A stretch of DNA of 54,982 nt from Candidatus Wolfebacteria bacterium (GCA_024654025.1 JANLIR010000004.1:1-54982); one strand, 5' to 3'. Counted from the stretch's first letter, positions 17,333 through 26,843 are shown. The notes: a model not told the origin generated them from the letters alone. Program-made: numbers and translations.

Positions 17333-18586
17333 ATGGAAAAATACCAATACTTAATCATTGGTGGGGGGGTGGCGGGTTTTACTGCCGCTGAAACACTAAG
17401 GCAAAAAGACGCCGGAAGTTCTATCGCCGTTATAAACAGCGAACCGTACGCTTTATATTCTCGGGTGATGTTATCAAAACCCGACTTTTTTTTGGGTAAA
17501 ATTCCTTTTGATAAAATATGGATGAGAGGCCAGGATTGGTACGAGAAAAACAACATAACTTTTTTTGGCGGAAAAACAGCCGCATCGCTTGACCCGAATA
17601 ATAAAATCGTAAAACTTTCCGACGGTTTGGAGCTGGGCTACGAAAAACTGCTTATTGCCACCGGAGTTTGCGCCAGAAAATGGGGTATTTCTGGATCTGA
17701 AAAAGAAGGCGTTTATTATTTGCGGACGATTGATGACGGAAAAAAAATAATGGAAGCCATTAAAACCGCTAAACGCGCTGTTGCTATAGGCGGCGGGTTT
17801 ATTAGTTTTGAAATGGCGGATTTATTTGCTTTGGCAAAAATAGAAACAAGCGTTGTTATCAGGGAAAATTATTTTTGGGAGCCGACTTTAGACGAGGCGT
17901 CAGGAAAAATGATTGAAAAAGTTTTAACCAATAACGGCGTTAAAATAATAAACAATGCCGAAGTTCAGGAAGTCATAGGAGCGGAGAAAGTTGAGGGCAT
18001 TGTTTTAAAAGATGGAAGAAAAATAGAATGCGATATGGTTATTTGCGGAATTGGAGTTGCTTGTGATCTTAACTGGTTTGCTTCATCGGGAATAAAAACA
18101 AATCGGGGAATTTTGGCAAATGAATATCTTCAGACCAATTTACCCGACGTGTGGGCGGCCGGAGATATTGCCGAATACAACGATTTGCTTTTGGAAGAAA
18201 ATATCCAGCTGGGGAATTGGGTCAATGCCCATGAGCAGGGAAGAATCGCCGGATTAAACATGGCCGGTGTCCACGAACCGTTTAAATTCGTTTCGTTTTA
18301 TACAACCCAAGGAATGGGAATCTCCGTCGCTTTTGTCGGCGATGTCCGGCTGGGCGAGGATAGAATTATAATAAAACGAGGATCTCCCGAAATAAATTCT
18401 TATGCCCGGATAATTATCGTGGGCAAAGAACTTGTAGGCGCTACTTTAATAAATAGAACAAGCGAGCTTTCGGTAATAGCTAAACTTATTGAAAACAATA
18501 TTGACGTTTCTCAAAAATATAAAGAACTTGAGAATCCAAATTTTGATTTAAAAAATCTTCTCGTGGTAGAAACAAAGGTTAATTAG
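17333..18586 (+). CDS. FAD-dependent pyridine nucleotide-disulfide oxidoreductase (ferredoxin/rubredoxin reductase-like)
   Basis: Two Rossmann motifs are present, IIGGGVAGFTAAE and AIGGGFISFE, plus AAGD. It lies directly downstream of the ferredoxin gene. Confidence 0.8.
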   Translation: MEKYQYLIIGGGVAGFTAAETLRQKDAGSSIAVINSEPYALYSRVMLSKPDFFLGKIPFDKIWMRGQDWYEKNNITFFGGKTAASLDPNNKIVKLSDGLELGYEKLLIATGVCARKWGISGSEKEGVYYLRTIDDGKKIMEAIKTAKRAVAIGGGFISFEMADLFALAKIETSVVIRENYFWEPTLDEASGKMIEKVLTNNGVKIINNAEVQEVIGAEKVEGIVLKDGRKIECDMVICGIGVACDLNWFASSGIKTNRGILANEYLQTNLPDVWAAGDIAEYNDLLLEENIQLGNWVNAHEQGRIAGLNMAGVHEPFKFVSFYTTQGMGISVAFVGDVRLGEDRIIIKRGSPEINSYARIIIVGKELVGATLINRTSELSVIAKLIENNIDVSQKYKELENPNFDLKNLLVVETKVN

Positions 18587-20633
18587 TCATAACTCTTGCG
18601 TCTACTATTTTTGTCTCATTTTCCGTTGCCATAACCGGATTCAAGTCGATTTCCTGGATTTCCGGGTGCTCAAGAGATAATTTTGAAACAGAAACAATAA
18701 GATTTTCCAGTTTTGCAAAATCAACAGATTTTTCTCCCCGAAGCCCTTTTAAAATAGGATAGCCCTTTATTTCTCCGAACATTTTTTGCGCTTCTGGTTT
18801 ATTAACCGGCGCGATTCGCGAAGAAACGTCTTTTAACGCTTCCGTAAAAATTCCTCCCATGCCAAAAACAATAACCGGTCCGAAAGTTTTATCTCTTTTC
18901 ATTCCAATTATTATTTCTTTGCCTTTCGCCATTGGCTGGATAATCATTCCGTCTATTTCTAATGCGTTAGCATTAGCCCTGAGCGAAGTCGAACGGGACG
19001 CCTTAATAGAATTGGTAATTTCATCCCAAGATTTTTCCGCCTCCACTAAGTTTTTAATATCCAATTTCACCCCCTTGAATTCGGTTTTATGGATTACATC
19101 CAGGGACACGACTTTCATAGCCATCGCTGATCCGCCGAATTTATTTATCGCGCTTGCTAATCCAGATTTTTCTTTTACAAATTCTCCTTCAAGCGAAATT
19201 CCATAATTACTAAAAAGTTTTTTTGTTTCTTCAAAATCTAAAAGTGAAAGATAAGAGACGGGAGAAGCAAGATGAGAGGAGCGCAATTCTTTACTGTTAT
19301 GCTGTATCATAACATCTAAAATTTCTACAACATCCCGGCTGTCGCCGAAATTCACAAGCCCGTTTTTCTTAAATTCCAAAAGCGCTTTGTAAATCGCTTG
19401 TCCGCCTATAAAAACCGGTAAAATCGGTTTTTTCTTGGCAAATTCGCCGAGCAATTTCGCCGTTTCTTCGGCTTGTGTCATCATCTGCGGAGTAAGTACG
19501 GCAATAATCGCGTCAATATTTTTTTCTTTGGTTAAAATATTTAAAGTTTTTGCGTAGCGGTCGCTTAAAGCATCGCCGATAATATCAACCGGATTATTTA
19601 TCGCAGCCATCGCTGGTAAGACTTTTTTAAGCGCGGTTTTGGTTGAATTTTTCAAGCTTGCTAATTCCAATGATTTGGAAAGGTCTATTAAATCCGCTGC
19701 TATAACTGACGGGCCGCCGCCGTTGGTTAAAACCGCTATTCGTTTTAAGGGCTTGAAAATGTCCATATGAAATAGCTTTGCGAAATTGAAAAACTGCCGT
19801 ATAGAGTCCACGGTTATAATGCCGGACTCGCGGCAGGCAGCGGCAAAAACCGAATCTTCCGGAGCAAGCGATCCGGTATGCGAAGCTACTGCGGCTATTC
19901 CTTTCGCGCTTCGGCCCGCTTTTAAAACTACAATCGGTTTTTTACGCGTTATTTTTTTAGCCAGCCGCATAAACTTTTTGCCGTCGCTTACCTTTTCAAG
20001 ATATAAAAGTATGGCTTTAGTGTTTTTGTCGTTTGCCAGATATTGTAAAAAATCTATTTCAGTTAATCCAGCTTCGTTTCCCAAGCTTATAAATTTCGAA
20101 AATCCGATGTTTCGGTTTTTTGCCCAATCAAGCATTGCCGCTCCCAGCGCGCCTGACTGTGAAACAAAAGCAATATTTCCCTTCAGTGGCATTTCGGTTG
20201 AGAAGGACGCGTTAAGATTGGAATAAGAATCAATTATTCCCAAGCAATTTGGCCCGAGTAGGGTGATTTTATATTTTTTTGCTATTGATTTTATTTTTTC
20301 TTCAAGTTCCAAGCCGTTTTTCCCGGCTTCTTTGAATCCTGAAGAAATAATAATTACATTAGAAATTTTTTTCTTTCCGCATTCTTCAAGTACTTGCGGG
20401 ACAATGTCTGCGCGAAGCGCTATTAAGGCCAGATCGATTTTATCTTTTATATCAAGAACTGAAGCGAAAGAGGGGAGATTTAAGATTTTTTTATATCCTG
20501 GATTTACCGGATAGATTCTTCTTTTATTTCCTGCCAGTAAATTTTTAACTAAAGAATAACCAACTTTATCTTTATTGGGCGAAGCGCCGATAACAGCAAT
20601 TGATTTTGGATTAAAAAGGTTTGATAGGTTCAT
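18579..20633 (-). CDS. ADP-forming acetyl-CoA synthetase (fused alpha-beta, NDP-forming acyl-CoA synthetase family)
   Basis: N-terminal CoA-binding domain (IAVIGAS...VYPVNP), the phosphohistidine segment SHTGSLA and a C-terminal ATP-grasp part. It is 684 aa and last in the OFOR operon. Confidence 0.88.
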   Translation of the reverse strand: MNLSNLFNPKSIAVIGASPNKDKVGYSLVKNLLAGNKRRIYPVNPGYKKILNLPSFASVLDIKDKIDLALIALRADIVPQVLEECGKKKISNVIIISSGFKEAGKNGLELEEKIKSIAKKYKITLLGPNCLGIIDSYSNLNASFSTEMPLKGNIAFVSQSGALGAAMLDWAKNRNIGFSKFISLGNEAGLTEIDFLQYLANDKNTKAILLYLEKVSDGKKFMRLAKKITRKKPIVVLKAGRSAKGIAAVASHTGSLAPEDSVFAAACRESGIITVDSIRQFFNFAKLFHMDIFKPLKRIAVLTNGGGPSVIAADLIDLSKSLELASLKNSTKTALKKVLPAMAAINNPVDIIGDALSDRYAKTLNILTKEKNIDAIIAVLTPQMMTQAEETAKLLGEFAKKKPILPVFIGGQAIYKALLEFKKNGLVNFGDSRDVVEILDVMIQHNSKELRSSHLASPVSYLSLLDFEETKKLFSNYGISLEGEFVKEKSGLASAINKFGGSAMAMKVVSLDVIHKTEFKGVKLDIKNLVEAEKSWDEITNSIKASRSTSLRANANALEIDGMIIQPMAKGKEIIIGMKRDKTFGPVIVFGMGGIFTEALKDVSSRIAPVNKPEAQKMFGEIKGYPILKGLRGEKSVDFAKLENLIVSVSKLSLEHPEIQEIDLNPVMATENETKIVDARVMTN

Positions 20634-20644
20634 TTTGTTTTCGT

Positions 20645-21424
20645 TTATGCATAAAGCGATTCTTCGAAAGTTGGCTTTTCTACTTTATAAAAAACTCCCA
20701 AGGCGATTTTTTCCTCCTGCGCCGTGACTTTTTTAATAGCGGTTTCAAGTTTTTGAGAGGGATATTTTTTATCAATCCAATAAGTGTGGTCTTTGTAAAA
20801 ATCACGGGTGTCATAAAAAGTGATACAGGGTTGGATAATATCCATAAAAGAAAATCCTTTATGCTCAATTGCCTGCCTCATGATTTTTTTAGTGCCTTCA
20901 ATATCTCCTGCGTAAGTACGGGCCACAAAAGTTGCGCCGGAGGCAAGCATCAAAAGAAGGGGATTAAAAGGCTCCTCTATACTTCCTGAGGGCGTGGATT
21001 TGCCTTTAAATCCTTTAGGGCTTGTGGCCGTTGCTTGTCCGGTAGTTAGGGCAAAAACCTGGTTGTCGTGTATAAAAAGATTTACATCCGAATTTCTTTT
21101 TGCCGCGTGTATTAAGTGTTCGGCTCCTTCTGAGTATGAATCGCCGTCTCCGCTAAAGCCCACCACTTGAAGATTGGGATTGGCAATTTTTATTCCCTGC
21201 ATTGTTGGAAGTAACCGTCCGTGAAGCGAAGTAAAAGTATTTATGTTTAAATAATCGGTGATTTTTCCGTGGCAACCTATTCCGCCAACCGCGACAAGAT
21301 TTTCGAGTTTTAAGCGCCCTTCATTTCTTAGTTCTTCGACCAGTTTTCTAAACGCAACTAAAATAGCCGAGTTCGGGCATCCGGGACACCAAGTTATTTT
21401 TGCGTTTGTGGCTAAATTTTCCAT
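20645..21424 (-). CDS. 2-oxoacid:ferredoxin oxidoreductase beta (TPP-binding) subunit
   Basis: WCPGCPNS, GGIGCHG and GDGDSYSEG motifs. Confidence 0.9.
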   Translation of the reverse strand: MENLATNAKITWCPGCPNSAILVAFRKLVEELRNEGRLKLENLVAVGGIGCHGKITDYLNINTFTSLHGRLLPTMQGIKIANPNLQVVGFSGDGDSYSEGAEHLIHAAKRNSDVNLFIHDNQVFALTTGQATATSPKGFKGKSTPSGSIEEPFNPLLLMLASGATFVARTYAGDIEGTKKIMRQAIEHKGFSFMDIIQPCITFYDTRDFYKDHTYWIDKKYPSQKLETAIKKVTAQEEKIALGVFYKVEKPTFEESLYA

Positions 21425-21425
21425 A

Positions 21426-23165
21426 TTATAAAATTTCGTTTAATTGTTTTGCTAATTCAATCACTTCGAACGGCAAAGAATCATATTTCAAAATTTTGTT
21501 TTCAATATTAATTCCAGTTTTTTCTCGAATAACTGAAGCTAATTGCCCAGTGCGGTTATTTTCAACGATAATTATATTTTTAGCGTCTTTTAAATTTTCT
21601 GTTACTTTTTCTGAATCAAATGGTGACATCCAGAGTATTTGCAGAAATTTCGGCTGTTTTTTTAAATATTTTCCCGCTTCCAAAACCGCGCCTTTTGTTG
21701 ATCCCCAAAAAACAATCACGTTTTTTGATTTTGGGTCGCCATAAACTTTTACGGTATCGTATTTGGAAAATTCTTTTTCCAATTGCTTTAATTTTGAAAA
21801 GCGTTTGTCGCCCATAGCTTTTACCAGTTTTGGGTCTTCGGTTGAAATTCCCTCTTCGGTGTGTTCATAGCTTGTGGCCTTGATGACCGCCCCCGCCGTT
21901 CCCGGAAACGCCATTTCCGATACACCGTCCTCGGTTATTTGATAACGTTTATACCCACCACTAATATTTTTGGCAACTTTCCCTTTTTCAACGGCGATTT
22001 TACTAATATCCAAAATACTTGTTGAAGAATTTTCGGATAAATGTTTATCCAATAAAACAATTGCCGGCACCTGGTATTTCCAGGTTAAATTTAGAGCGTC
22101 AGCCCCTGCTTTAAAAGCTTCTTCCGGGTCTCCGGGGGCAATAACAATGCGCGGAAATTCTCCGTGCCCTGAATTTATTATGAATTTCAAATCGCCTTGG
22201 GCAGTGTGAGTGGGTGAGCCGGTAGCAGGCGCCTGCCTTTGTGAAACCGCGATGGCTATCGGTGTTTCGGACATCCCTGCTAAAGCAAACGCTTCTTGCA
22301 TAAGCGCGAAACCTCCTCCGGCAGTGCCTATGGCAGTCCGTTTTCCGGCATAAACTGCGCCAAGCGCCATATTGATAACCGCTATTTCATTTTCCGGATG
22401 TATTACTTTAAATAATTTTTTCCCGGATTCTTTTAAAAATCGGGATTGTTTTGCCAAGTAATGCAGGATTGAAGTTGACGGCGTCATTGGATAAGCGATA
22501 TAAAAATCAAGCCCAGCTGCTAAAAGTCCTTTTGCAAAAGCAGTATTTCCATCCGCTAATTCTTTTCCGCCATCTCCATTGTGTTCCATTCGTCGGGAAT
22601 GCCGGAACCCAAGATTTTCCAGATGTTTATATCCTTTTTCCGCTAGTGTTACGTTTATTTCATATCCTTTTTCTTTGAAAACACGGCGGAGAATTTGGTC
22701 TATTTCGCCAAAGGGCAAATCAAGTAAATAACAAACAGCGCCCAGCGCTACGGAAGTCCGGGTTATTGCCGGGGCGTTTAATTCTTCCGTTGTTTTTATC
22801 ATAGGAAGGAGCATTGCGTTTTGACCGAACATTTTTAAATCTTCGGCATCGAATTTTTCCGAAAAAACAACTGCGTCTCCGTTTAACTCGTTTTTATGAA
22901 GATGCATTGTTTCATCGTTTAACGCGATCAAAACGTCTATTTTTGAATAATCGTTATAAATTTTTTCTTTGGAAAAGCTGATGCGGCTAAAATTATGCCC
23001 GCCTCTGATAAGAGACGGGTAATCAAAAGAAACAAAAACTTCAAAACCGAGTTTCGTAAGAAACCGGCCTAAATTCGTGCCTGCTTCACGTACGCCGTCT
23101 CCGGCCGCTCCGCCAACGGCAACCGTAAAAATATTAGGGGACTGATTTTTCTTTTTCCAGAACAT
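21426..23165 (-). CDS. 2-oxoacid:ferredoxin oxidoreductase fused gamma-alpha subunit
   Basis: The N-terminal gamma-like domain (GGAAGDGV...GGHN) is followed by the alpha domain (GNTAFAKGLLAAGLDFYIAYPMTPST). Only 1 nt separates it from the beta gene. Confidence 0.9.
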   Translation of the reverse strand: MFWKKKNQSPNIFTVAVGGAAGDGVREAGTNLGRFLTKLGFEVFVSFDYPSLIRGGHNFSRISFSKEKIYNDYSKIDVLIALNDETMHLHKNELNGDAVVFSEKFDAEDLKMFGQNAMLLPMIKTTEELNAPAITRTSVALGAVCYLLDLPFGEIDQILRRVFKEKGYEINVTLAEKGYKHLENLGFRHSRRMEHNGDGGKELADGNTAFAKGLLAAGLDFYIAYPMTPSTSILHYLAKQSRFLKESGKKLFKVIHPENEIAVINMALGAVYAGKRTAIGTAGGGFALMQEAFALAGMSETPIAIAVSQRQAPATGSPTHTAQGDLKFIINSGHGEFPRIVIAPGDPEEAFKAGADALNLTWKYQVPAIVLLDKHLSENSSTSILDISKIAVEKGKVAKNISGGYKRYQITEDGVSEMAFPGTAGAVIKATSYEHTEEGISTEDPKLVKAMGDKRFSKLKQLEKEFSKYDTVKVYGDPKSKNVIVFWGSTKGAVLEAGKYLKKQPKFLQILWMSPFDSEKVTENLKDAKNIIIVENNRTGQLASVIREKTGINIENKILKYDSLPFEVIELAKQLNEIL

Positions 23166-23411
23166 AGTGTGAGTTATTAAGAAAATTATAACATATTTTT
23201 TTAATTGAAATAAAATGTTGTTAATTAAGCTTTCTATTTTTTCTCATTTACTACGACAGCAGCAGATGAGAGGAAATAAGAGTATAAAAATAAGAGGACG
23301 ACGAGCCATAGTTTCATTGAGCTTGTTTTATTGGGAATGACGACTGCGCGGCTTGGCGGTAATTTGAATGTTATGCTTTAGCATAACACTTGGTTATTAA
23401 ACCTTGGCTAG

Positions 23412-23440
23412 TTGACGTTTTGCTATAGTTATGATATTAT
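23412..23440 (+). promoter_or_regulatory. Sigma70-like promoter TTGACG-17-TATTAT
   Basis: Read directly; about 70 nt upstream of the GGAGG-led TTG start at 23512. Confidence 0.45.
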
Positions 23441-23511
23441 TAAAATAGTCAATTTTGCCTCAATTACTCGCAAAATTTTTAAAATAAAATACTGATTGAT
23501 GGAGGTGTTAC

Positions 23512-24147
23512 TTGTTAGAAATTCTGAAAAGCACGGTGGAGTATCAGAATTGGGGATATAACGCCTTAACTTTCAGCGCGATCGGGACTTTCTTATTCAC
23601 CTTTTTACAGATGTGGAGTTTTGGCCAGCAGAGTAAACTCATCTGGGCAAGTCGTTCGGGCGAATCCGTATCCGTCATAATGTTCAGCTACTGGTTTTTC
23701 TACTGGATGGCATTTTCGCTGTACGGGATTGCCGGTAAAAGCATCGCTATTATTTTCAACGGTCTGATGTTTTTGGTAACGGCGCCGATTATCCTGGGTC
23801 TTTACAAGTTCAAAGGATTTTCTCGACAGGAGAAGATTTTATTCGGCGTTTTCGCATTGATTCCCGTCGCGATGTTTTTTTGTCCTCAAACACAGAAGCC
23901 AACCTTACTGCTAGTTCTTCTTATGGGAGTTTTGTTTTCAATCACTCTCCAGCCGTATGAAATTTGGAAAAAGAAGAGTGCAGGAAAAGTGGATCCGAAG
24001 CTGCTCGCGGTTTTTGCAGTAACGGCAGTTTTCTGGTTCGTATACGGAATCGTCATAAAAGATATTCCGCTTATGATTTTCAACCCATCGGCAATCGTTG
24101 TGCTTCTGATAACTTTGGGGCTGTGGCGGAAATACAGACAAAACTGA
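23512..24147 (+). CDS. Seven-TM PQ-loop/SWEET-like membrane protein
   Basis: TTG start 6 nt after GGAGG. There are two internally similar 3-TM halves (QMWSFGQQSKLIWASRSGESVS and LQPYEIWKKKSAGKVDP) joined by a linker helix. The family call is from pattern only. Confidence 0.4.
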   Translation: MLEILKSTVEYQNWGYNALTFSAIGTFLFTFLQMWSFGQQSKLIWASRSGESVSVIMFSYWFFYWMAFSLYGIAGKSIAIIFNGLMFLVTAPIILGLYKFKGFSRQEKILFGVFALIPVAMFFCPQTQKPTLLLVLLMGVLFSITLQPYEIWKKKSAGKVDPKLLAVFAVTAVFWFVYGIVIKDIPLMIFNPSAIVVLLITLGLWRKYRQN

Positions 24148-24161
24148 AAAGGGGAATTTTT

Positions 24162-24536
24162 ATGCCACTCGTACAGATTTTTACTACTCGTTCTATTCTA
24201 TCGGCAGGTGGCGACAACTCGGTTAAGCCCATGCTTACGGCTCTGCCTAAAATTATTGCGGAGCATCTAAGCATTCCGGTCGCCGGTGGCAAATTAACCC
24301 CGAACGATATTATTGTCCGAGTAAATCAACGGAATGACCACGATTATTTTCCTGAGCACTTTGAGGTGATTATTGAAGCGCAGGAGTTTCCGGAGCGTCT
24401 TGCCAATTTGAATGAACGCGCGGAAAAGATTGCGGATGATCTTTATTTTCTCACTCCGCGAAACATCTATCCGAGCGTATGGCTTACGTTCAAAAAAGGC
24501 GTTTTTGTTGAGACGCGCGGCAGGTGTGATCGTTGA
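24162..24536 (+). CDS. Tautomerase-superfamily-like protein (N-terminal Met-Pro)
   Basis: ATG at 24162 is preceded by AAAAGGGGA. The N-terminus MPLVQIFTTRS resembles Pro-1 tautomerases (4-OT/MIF). The longer ORF-track version (23964) overlaps the upstream gene and is rejected. Confidence 0.3.
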   Translation: MPLVQIFTTRSILSAGGDNSVKPMLTALPKIIAEHLSIPVAGGKLTPNDIIVRVNQRNDHDYFPEHFEVIIEAQEFPERLANLNERAEKIADDLYFLTPRNIYPSVWLTFKKGVFVETRGRCDR

Positions 24537-24551
24537 ATTCAGCTTGCTTGT

Positions 24552-24590
24552 GACGCACGCCCCAATCATTGGGACACGGCGTCTTTTTTT
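24552..24590 (+). terminator. Rho-independent terminator
   Basis: Bipartite GC stem (GACGC...GCGTC enclosing CCCAA tca TTGGG) followed by T7. Confidence 0.7.
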
Positions 24591-24605
24591 ATTTTCAAAA
24601 AGCCG

Positions 24606-24614
24606 TGTTATAAT
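24606..24614 (+). promoter_or_regulatory. Extended -10 TGTTATAAT upstream of the hydrogenase genes
   Basis: Exact TGnTATAAT, 13 nt upstream of the ATG at 24628, right after the terminator. Confidence 0.5.
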
Positions 24615-24627
24615 TTATAAAAATAAA

Positions 24628-25110
24628 ATGGACGAAGCTGAAAAAATAAAAATCGGGTGGTTTTCATTTTCCTGCTGCGAGGACAACACCATAGTGATGA
24701 CTGAAGTAATGAACGATCATTGGCAGGAGTGGAAGAAAATTTTTGATTTTCGCCATGTGCGGGTTTTGAAATCAAAAAATATCTATGATGAATTCGACAT
24801 TGCTTTTATAGAAGGCGCGATTGCTTCCGATGGGCAAGAAACGCAACTAAAAGACATAAGGAGCCGTTCAAAAAAACTTGTCGCAGTAGGCGCTTGTGCG
24901 GTGGTGGGGTTGCCCGCCGGCCAGAGGAATACATTCACGGCCGAACAAAACCAAAGTATTCAGTTTTTAATAGACAGATTTAAGGCGCTACCGAAAGTTT
25001 TGCGCGTTAAAGACGTGGTTAAGGTGGACGCGGAAATCCCGGGATGCCCGATGAGTCCGGACAATTTTTTAAAGGTTGTTAATGATTTAGTCGCTGAACT
25101 ACAAAAATAA
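24628..25110 (+). CDS. NiFe hydrogenase small subunit, minimal NuoB-like form (proximal cluster only)
   Basis: Four-Cys pattern FSCCED, GACAVVG and GCPM. It is 160 aa and lies directly upstream of the large subunit. The start was moved to the internal ATG at 24628. Confidence 0.75.
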   Translation: MDEAEKIKIGWFSFSCCEDNTIVMTEVMNDHWQEWKKIFDFRHVRVLKSKNIYDEFDIAFIEGAIASDGQETQLKDIRSRSKKLVAVGACAVVGLPAGQRNTFTAEQNQSIQFLIDRFKALPKVLRVKDVVKVDAEIPGCPMSPDNFLKVVNDLVAELQK

Positions 25111-25111
25111 T

Positions 25112-26410
25112 ATGCATAGTTTCAATTTATCTTTAGAACATATCACAAAAATAGAAGGCAATGCTTCGCTTTCGGTTAAAGTTGAAGACGGCAAGGTTAA
25201 AGACGTTAATTTCAAAACAATGGAATACAAGCGTTTTTTTACCGAAGCAATGAAAGGTAAATCCATCGCCGCGCTTCCGGCGCATTTGGCGAGAATTTGC
25301 GGCACTTGTTCTAACGCGCATATTATTTGCAGTATTGAGGCGTGTGAAAATGCGATTGGTATAACAGCGACAGAGCAGACGAAAATTTTAAGAGCTTTAA
25401 CTTTGCACGGGCTTATTATAAGAGACCACGCGCTTCATTTGTATTTGTTTTCGATGCCCGATATTTACGGTAAAGACGCGTTTTTAGATTTTGACGAAAA
25501 TAATCCCGAGGAGCATCAATTACTTCACGACGGGTTTGAAGTAAAAGCCGCGGGAAATTTTTTGGCAACTTTAATTTCCGGCCGAAGTGTTCACGCGACT
25601 TATCCGGCAGTGGGAGGATTTTTGCATTTTCCCGATAAAGCGGGCATAGACGAGGCTATTAAAAAACTTCAATCAGTCCGGCCCGCGATTTTGCGTTTGA
25701 TAGAAGTTTTTAAAAACGCGCCGTTTCATTTTGACAGGAAAACCCAATATATGGCGCTCGTTCCCGAATATAGCTACGGCTATATAAATGGAAGTATTAA
25801 AACCAGCAAAGGCGAAACTTACGGCGAAGATAAATTCAGAGACCATTTAGAGCACGTTGTTTTGCCTTATTCGCAGGCATCTGCTTATCAATACGACGGT
25901 GAAGGATATATGGTTGGGGCTTTGGCGCGCGTAAATCTCGCCAAAGATTTGCTTCATCCGGAAACAAAAAAATTTCTAAAATCACTTGGCGATATTTTAA
26001 ATCTTTTTCCGTCGACAGATATTTTTTATAACAATTTGGCGCAGGCGATTGAGATTTTGCATTCAGTGGACGAGTCAATTGATTTGTTGAGTAATAACAA
26101 TTTTGCGGCTGAACCGCTTATAAAAGCAATGCCCCGTGAAGGAGTAGGCATCGGAGTTATAGAAGCGCCGCGCGGCACTTTGTATCACAAAGTTGTTGTT
26201 GGCGCAGACGGATTGGTCAAAGAAGGGGAAGTGATAGTTCCAACCGGCCAAAATCAAATAAACATAGAAAGAGACGTTGCCACGCTTGTGCAAAATCTTT
26301 TACCTGATACGCCTAAAGAAAAAATCGAATTTGAAATCGAAAAACTTATCCGCGCGTACGATCCGTGCATGAGCTGCGCGGCCCATTTTCTTAAAGTGAA
26401 CTGGGAATAA
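25112..26410 (+). CDS. NiFe hydrogenase large subunit
   Basis: N-terminal Ni-binding motif RICGTCSNAH and C-terminal DPCMSCAAH, followed by a 7-aa tail (FLKVNWE). Confidence 0.9.
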   Translation: MHSFNLSLEHITKIEGNASLSVKVEDGKVKDVNFKTMEYKRFFTEAMKGKSIAALPAHLARICGTCSNAHIICSIEACENAIGITATEQTKILRALTLHGLIIRDHALHLYLFSMPDIYGKDAFLDFDENNPEEHQLLHDGFEVKAAGNFLATLISGRSVHATYPAVGGFLHFPDKAGIDEAIKKLQSVRPAILRLIEVFKNAPFHFDRKTQYMALVPEYSYGYINGSIKTSKGETYGEDKFRDHLEHVVLPYSQASAYQYDGEGYMVGALARVNLAKDLLHPETKKFLKSLGDILNLFPSTDIFYNNLAQAIEILHSVDESIDLLSNNNFAAEPLIKAMPREGVGIGVIEAPRGTLYHKVVVGADGLVKEGEVIVPTGQNQINIERDVATLVQNLLPDTPKEKIEFEIEKLIRAYDPCMSCAAHFLKVNWE

Positions 26411-26431
26411 TATTTGATGTTTTATTCCCAG
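26401..26431 (+). terminator. 10-bp stem hairpin overlapping the hydrogenase stop codon
   Basis: CTGGGAATAA (11-nt loop) TTATTCCCAG. No clear T-run follows, so terminator function is uncertain. Confidence 0.35.
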
Positions 26432-26474
26432 TTCATCCCGATCCGCCAGCTGACGGAGAGGGATCCTCAGATTT

Positions 26475-26843
26475 TTAAAGTTTAAGAATCACAGAAATTT
26501 CTTCAACCGCTTTTTCTTGAGAAATTGTCGGCGGAATGCCGATGATTTTTATTTTTTTCAATCGCCCGAGTTTTTCCAGGTATCTTAAATTGGAATAAGC
26601 GTCAAAATCGTGAAGTGACACATTTGGCGCTTTAGAAAAATTTTTCAAGTCTTCAAAAACTCTAATCTCTTCGATTCCCAAAACAGTGTCTATCACCGTG
26701 AGTTCTTCCGGAATTTCCCATTCTTCGTTCGGGTCTTTTATTTCAAACTTGATTTCCAGAAATTTTTTTTGAAGCTCGGGCAGAATTTTTAAAGGCAAAG
26801 AATCAATTTCAATTTCCGGATTTCCAAAAATATATATAATCAT
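26475..26843 (-). CDS. Hydrogenase maturation endopeptidase (HycI/HybD-like)
   Basis: 122 aa. GNPEIEIDSLP, VIDTV, SLHDFD and IIGIPP correspond to the GNxxxxDD, D, H and C-terminal motifs of the family. It lies adjacent to the hydrogenase genes. Confidence 0.6.
   Translation of the reverse strand: MIIYIFGNPEIEIDSLPLKILPELQKKFLEIKFEIKDPNEEWEIPEELTVIDTVLGIEEIRVFEDLKNFSKAPNVSLHDFDAYSNLRYLEKLGRLKKIKIIGIPPTISQEKAVEEISVILKL

Noticed and set aside
17363-17369. Homopolymer tracts as phase-variation sites (G7 at 17363-17369 in the FAD-binding GGGVAG codons; C8 at 51079-51086; A9 in mnmA near 7474)
   Set aside because: They encode conserved or terminal residues of housekeeping or near-terminal regions. 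G7 lies in an essential Rossmann motif, and the C8 tract would affect only the last few codons. Nothing suggests regulated slippage.
23266-23340. 24-codon basic ORF (MRGNKSIKIRGRRAIVSLSLFYWE) and small hairpins (TCTCAT...ATGAGA; GTTATGCT-tt-AGCATAAC at 23370-23387) in the 346-nt OFOR/PQ-loop divergent spacer; also looked for SRP, RNase P, 6S or tmRNA signatures here and upstream of dnaX
   Set aside because: There are no translation signals for the ORF, and I could not find any conserved ncRNA motifs (for example SRP GGAA/AGCA helix 8, RNase P GGAAAGTCCGG). The hairpins may be operators, but the evidence is too thin to call.
26440-26466. Intergenic GATCCGCC...GGAGAGGGATCC after the hydrogenase genes as a third copy of the dnaK/rplJ palindromic module
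   Set aside because: It shares only GATCCGCC and a GGAG-rich tail. The hairpin arms are absent, and the similarity is too short to distinguish from chance.
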